In this document: positions 60,561-64,000 of the stretch, piece by piece
Position numbering within the stretch: the first letter of the stretch is position 1
How the letters are laid out: every line of letters begins with the position of its first letter
Origin: Vicugna vicugna
Taxonomy: Eukaryota
Direction of reading: 5' to 3'
DNA: 64,000 nucleotides
Assembly (NCBI GenBank): GCA_013265495.1
Contig: MU060807.1
Location: forward strand, 5,636,921-5,700,920
Notes under the pieces: model-generated
What the model saw: the letters and a program-made list of their open reading frames with translations, nothing else
The model's database searches: none
Told to the model about the DNA's origin: nothing
Position numbers and translations under genes: made by a program

Positions 60561-61429
60561 TCTGATTAAATTGAGACAGCTCAGAGACCATCTTTCTCTT
60601 TCTCTAGCTTTACGTGAGCCACCATCCCAATTCCCATCTAGAATCAGCTAGACTTTTACAGTACTTTGCACGTCACCATGGCAGCAATATCTCCAGTTCT
60701 CCAAATCCCTCGGTGAGCACCTTAATGTAAAGCATCACATTCTTCATTTCCTATCGTCAATGCCTGGCAACTAGATGACACTTAACAGACTCTTGCAAAG
60801 TTGAGTTGAATGGATTGGGAATTTCTCTATGACTATAACATCACTGTGTCCCAGATATCATGGGAAACCGACCTAGAGTTTGGAGCTAGAGCATTAAAAA
60901 GTCTTCGTCAAAGAGGTGGCATTGAATTGGCTCTTAAAGAATGCAAATGATTTAAAAATCTAAAATACCAGTAAAAGTTGATGGAGAGAGAATTAGTCTG
61001 ATCAGAGAGAGTAGACTGGTATGTGGTGGCGTCTCCTTGGTGGTGTTTGTGTGCACTTGGGAGTAGTTCAATATTAAGAACAGAGTGGGGTGAGATTATG
61101 AAGAAATATGTCAAGCTAAAGAGGTGGAATATTATGACACAAATGTTTCCCAAAATATTTTATTTAACATATCCAATCTGAGAGACGTTAGCAATTTTTA
61201 CATGAAAAAAAAGTTTCCATGTTCTACTAAATTTGAGAAATATGAAATGTTAAAATGAAATAAACCAGGTTTTCCATGGAGAGATTTCCTTCAAGGCACT
61301 GATATGCGAAGAAGCACTGTACATTTGCCATAGGTGGTCTTTCTTAGATGTGTTTGATCACATGACCACTTGGTGCTACACAGATCTGCAGCTCGTGCAA
61401 CACAAATAAACGCACAGCAGAGACACTGA

Positions 61430-61750
61430 AGCTGAATAGCGTGATCAAAGTGATGTTTAAAGGGGATTAATCTAGCAGTGGCACATGGGCCAGTTGGATG
61501 GACAAGGGGTCCAATAACACAGATACTACAATTGAACAGGCATGAAATAATAGGCATTTGGATTAAAGCTTTGCAATGGGACAAGCAAGATAGACTTGGA
61601 TAGGAAGGAGACATAAAAGAATTGAATGCGTTTGGTAAGTGACTGGGTTAAGGGGTAGGAAGGCAAAAGAATGAAGACTAATTCCAAAATTTCAAGCCTG
61701 GGTGGCGGGAAGAATGGTGGCGCCATTGACAGAAAAAGGGAAGGCAGCCA
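61430..61750 (-). mobile_element. L2 LINE fragment
   Basis: gatgtttaaaggggattaatctagcagtgg..ttccaaaatttcaagcctgggtggcgggaagaatggtggcgccattgacag. Confidence 0.75.
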
Positions 61751-62149
61751 GCAAATACATTTAGTCCTGTGTGTGAGGTGATAGCAGGGGATTAACTGCA
61801 ACATTTCACAGGCTCCCACGGCCATAAAAGATCTCACGGGCTTCAAGTTCATGTTCCTGTAGACTGGTAAGCCTCGGGTTTACCTATCTCAAACCACCAC
61901 CGACTGTTTCACAGAATTCCGTAAGGAAGGCGATTATAAAATCTTGCCCTGGGTCAGATTTTGCTATATCCTCTGAACGAACATCATTCTCTTCAAATAG
62001 TCAGTATCTTCTGTGTGCTACGTGCAGCCATCTCCATCTTATTCAGGTTGGAGAATCCGTTTTTGCTTTTCCCACACAAACTTTTGATTGCACTTGAAGG
62101 TCATTATAGAGTAATTTTTCAATCTTTTCCCTCTGTATGGAATCATGGA

Positions 62150-62173
62150 ATTTTTTGAGTCGACTCAAAAAAT
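62150..62173. repeat. Perfect 24-bp palindrome
   Basis: ATTTTTTGAGTCGACTCAAAAAAT is its own reverse complement. Confidence 0.97.
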
Positions 62174-62891
62174 CGGTCCTTTCTAGAAGTTGCTGTGATA
62201 AAACCTACCACATCCACTCAGATGGGGCATGTTCTTTTATTCAATTAACCTATATTATCAAGGACTCACCGTGAGCCCACTAAACAGGAAAGTCAGCTGA
62301 ATTCAGAATTAAGTTAACCGGATCTGGTTGTGTATATCTTAGCTCTTTCCCCACCAAAGGAAAAGGCAACACTCGAAGGCTGAGTTCAATTGTAATCCTC
62401 TGAAGTGGCACTTCTGTTTTTAAAAATGATGTACGTTGATGGCAAAGAAAATATTGGAGGGGAAAAAAAAAAAAGTCCTCAAACTCTGGCTCCCTGCAGT
62501 GTTCAGATTTAAGACTTTGGTCCTGAGATTTTGATTTTCCAATCTGACCTTTCCTTACAGTCCAAATATCACGCAGAGGCCTTCTGGAGAATGACAGGGA
62601 AGTGAGCAAAGCCAGAATAAGGCACTTCAAAAGGTCTGCGGAGGTAAATGATAGAGAAAGCTGAAGGCTGCCGAGAGAGTTTGGCATTTTGCCATCCTGG
62701 AGGCAGAGGGAGAAACAGACCCCGGCAGGTCTGCCCTGCAAAGTCGAGGTGGGCCATCTGAGCTCTGCGTCCGGATGACACGGCAGCTCCTTTGAAAGTT
62801 GGCTAGAAAAAAACCATGCCCTCTCTTTTCATGGCACAGTGATTTTTAACTCGGCAGTTCTCTACAGTATAAAAGTCATCCTGGTTATGGT

Positions 62892-62931
62892 CGCATGCAC
62901 ACATGCGTGCGCGCACACGCACACACACACA
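62892..62931. repeat. Alternating purine-pyrimidine tract, 40 nt, CG-rich
   Basis: cgcatgcacacatgcgtgcgcgcacacgcacacacacaca alternates perfectly. Confidence 0.95.
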
Positions 62932-64000
62932 GAGTCTGTGACTCTCAGCATAATGTAGCACCTAACTTCTCTCTGATTAAGCCAATCCAGTGATGCAGAA
63001 AATGCTACTAAATCAAGCTCAAATGAAGAGTAAAGCCTTTAAGAACTCTGTTGTATTTTTTTCATCAGCTTGTTCCATGTCACTGCCCTCTCTCCTCATT
63101 TTTCTCCCAATGCCTGTAGTTTAAATGAGAAGCTTTCTTTCTTGATCCAAAAAGAGGGGGAAATGTTTAGGAAAAAGGCAGTTTGTTGGCAGGAATCGTC
63201 GAGATTTCTATAATCCCAAGGCCAGCCTTTGCATAACCTCATTCCTGCGCCCAGAAACATGTAAAAAAATAGAAATTTCTGGGAGAGTCCAGTCTGGGAT
63301 GAATAAATGAAGCCCCACTCCCCAGGGTTTAGCAGAGAGGGTGAAAGGAAGGGAAGGGGATGGATTTGCTACTGAGAGTGTCAGGAGAGGATGGGCGAGG
63401 TTTTAAGACTTGGGGAAGCGTGAAGAGAGACTCTGTTCTCCTATTTCCTCTTCCTCTGTTATCTCTCCTTTGCGCTGGATCTGGGGGAGCAGTCTAACCA
63501 TTTAATGATGTGGCTGTTACTGTCTTGAAAGTTATTGCTCAGAAAATATTATATTTGTGTGAAGTTTATCCAGGGAAGAAGACAAAGATCACTTCACAGC
63601 CAAAGCTGAACCCGAAAGAGGTGGTTGATTTTTTAGCTGAAGATTCAGATTCATTCATCTTGTAAAAGCATGTTTGTGTTTTCAAACGTCATGATGGTCT
63701 TCAGTTTTGACTCTGATTGACCCGTAGATTGTAGATGGTAATGTATTACTGGAAAATAGTATAGAAAACTAACTTAAAAAAAAATTAAATCCTGTTCCTC
63801 CATTAGCTCACATTTGATTTATGAGATGGTTTATCTTGAATGGGCTGTATCATTATTTATCTCTGTTTAGCAATGGCCACTAACAATCTCACAGTAAATC
63901 GTCTGTCTCTTTCTTCTCACTCCATCCCAACTCAGTCTATAAGCCAGCCATTACATATACTTGAAAGAAAAAAAAACCTAGGAATTCAGCAAAATTTTTA

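Noticed and set aside
1-64000. ORF track entries as protein-coding genes
   Set aside because: All are 158 aa or shorter with no recognisable family. Many start at TTG/GTG/CTG, lie in repeats, or are inflated by N runs. This is what non-coding mammalian DNA is expected to yield.
1-64000. CRISPR arrays, rRNA, snRNA, snoRNA or known miRNA hairpins
   Set aside because: No regularly spaced repeat-spacer pattern or recognisable structured-RNA sequence was seen, and the DNA is eukaryotic.

Overview
Mammalian, AT-rich genomic DNA, very probably camelid: it carries a Vic-type tRNA-derived SINE and camelid-style L1 3' ends. It comes from a short-read draft assembly with nine internal N gaps of 50-276 nt. 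I recognise no protein-coding gene. None of the supplied ORFs resembles a protein family I know, many use TTG/GTG/CTG starts or run through N gaps or repeats, and no recognisable multi-exon protein can be assembled. The window reads as a large intron or intergenic region. It is a mosaic of ancient repeats (MIR, L2, L3/CR1, MamSINE1-like, L1M, MaLR/ERVL LTRs, MER5/MER20/MER81/Tigger1 DNA transposons) and a few young lineage-specific insertions with intact target-site duplications (TSDs). The most interesting signals are regulatory: a CCAAT/ERRE/RORE/TATA promoter-like module at ~20.1-20.3 kb, a perfect DR5 at 45740, an apparent excess of NR5A/ERR motifs, and an ARE/STAT/AP-1 cluster beside a 61-nt Z-DNA-prone tract. 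There are also several well-formed candidate exons, mostly on the minus strand, including a 14+34 nt microexon pair. Repeat family names come from recalled consensus similarity, not a database search. Boundaries of old repeats are approximate.
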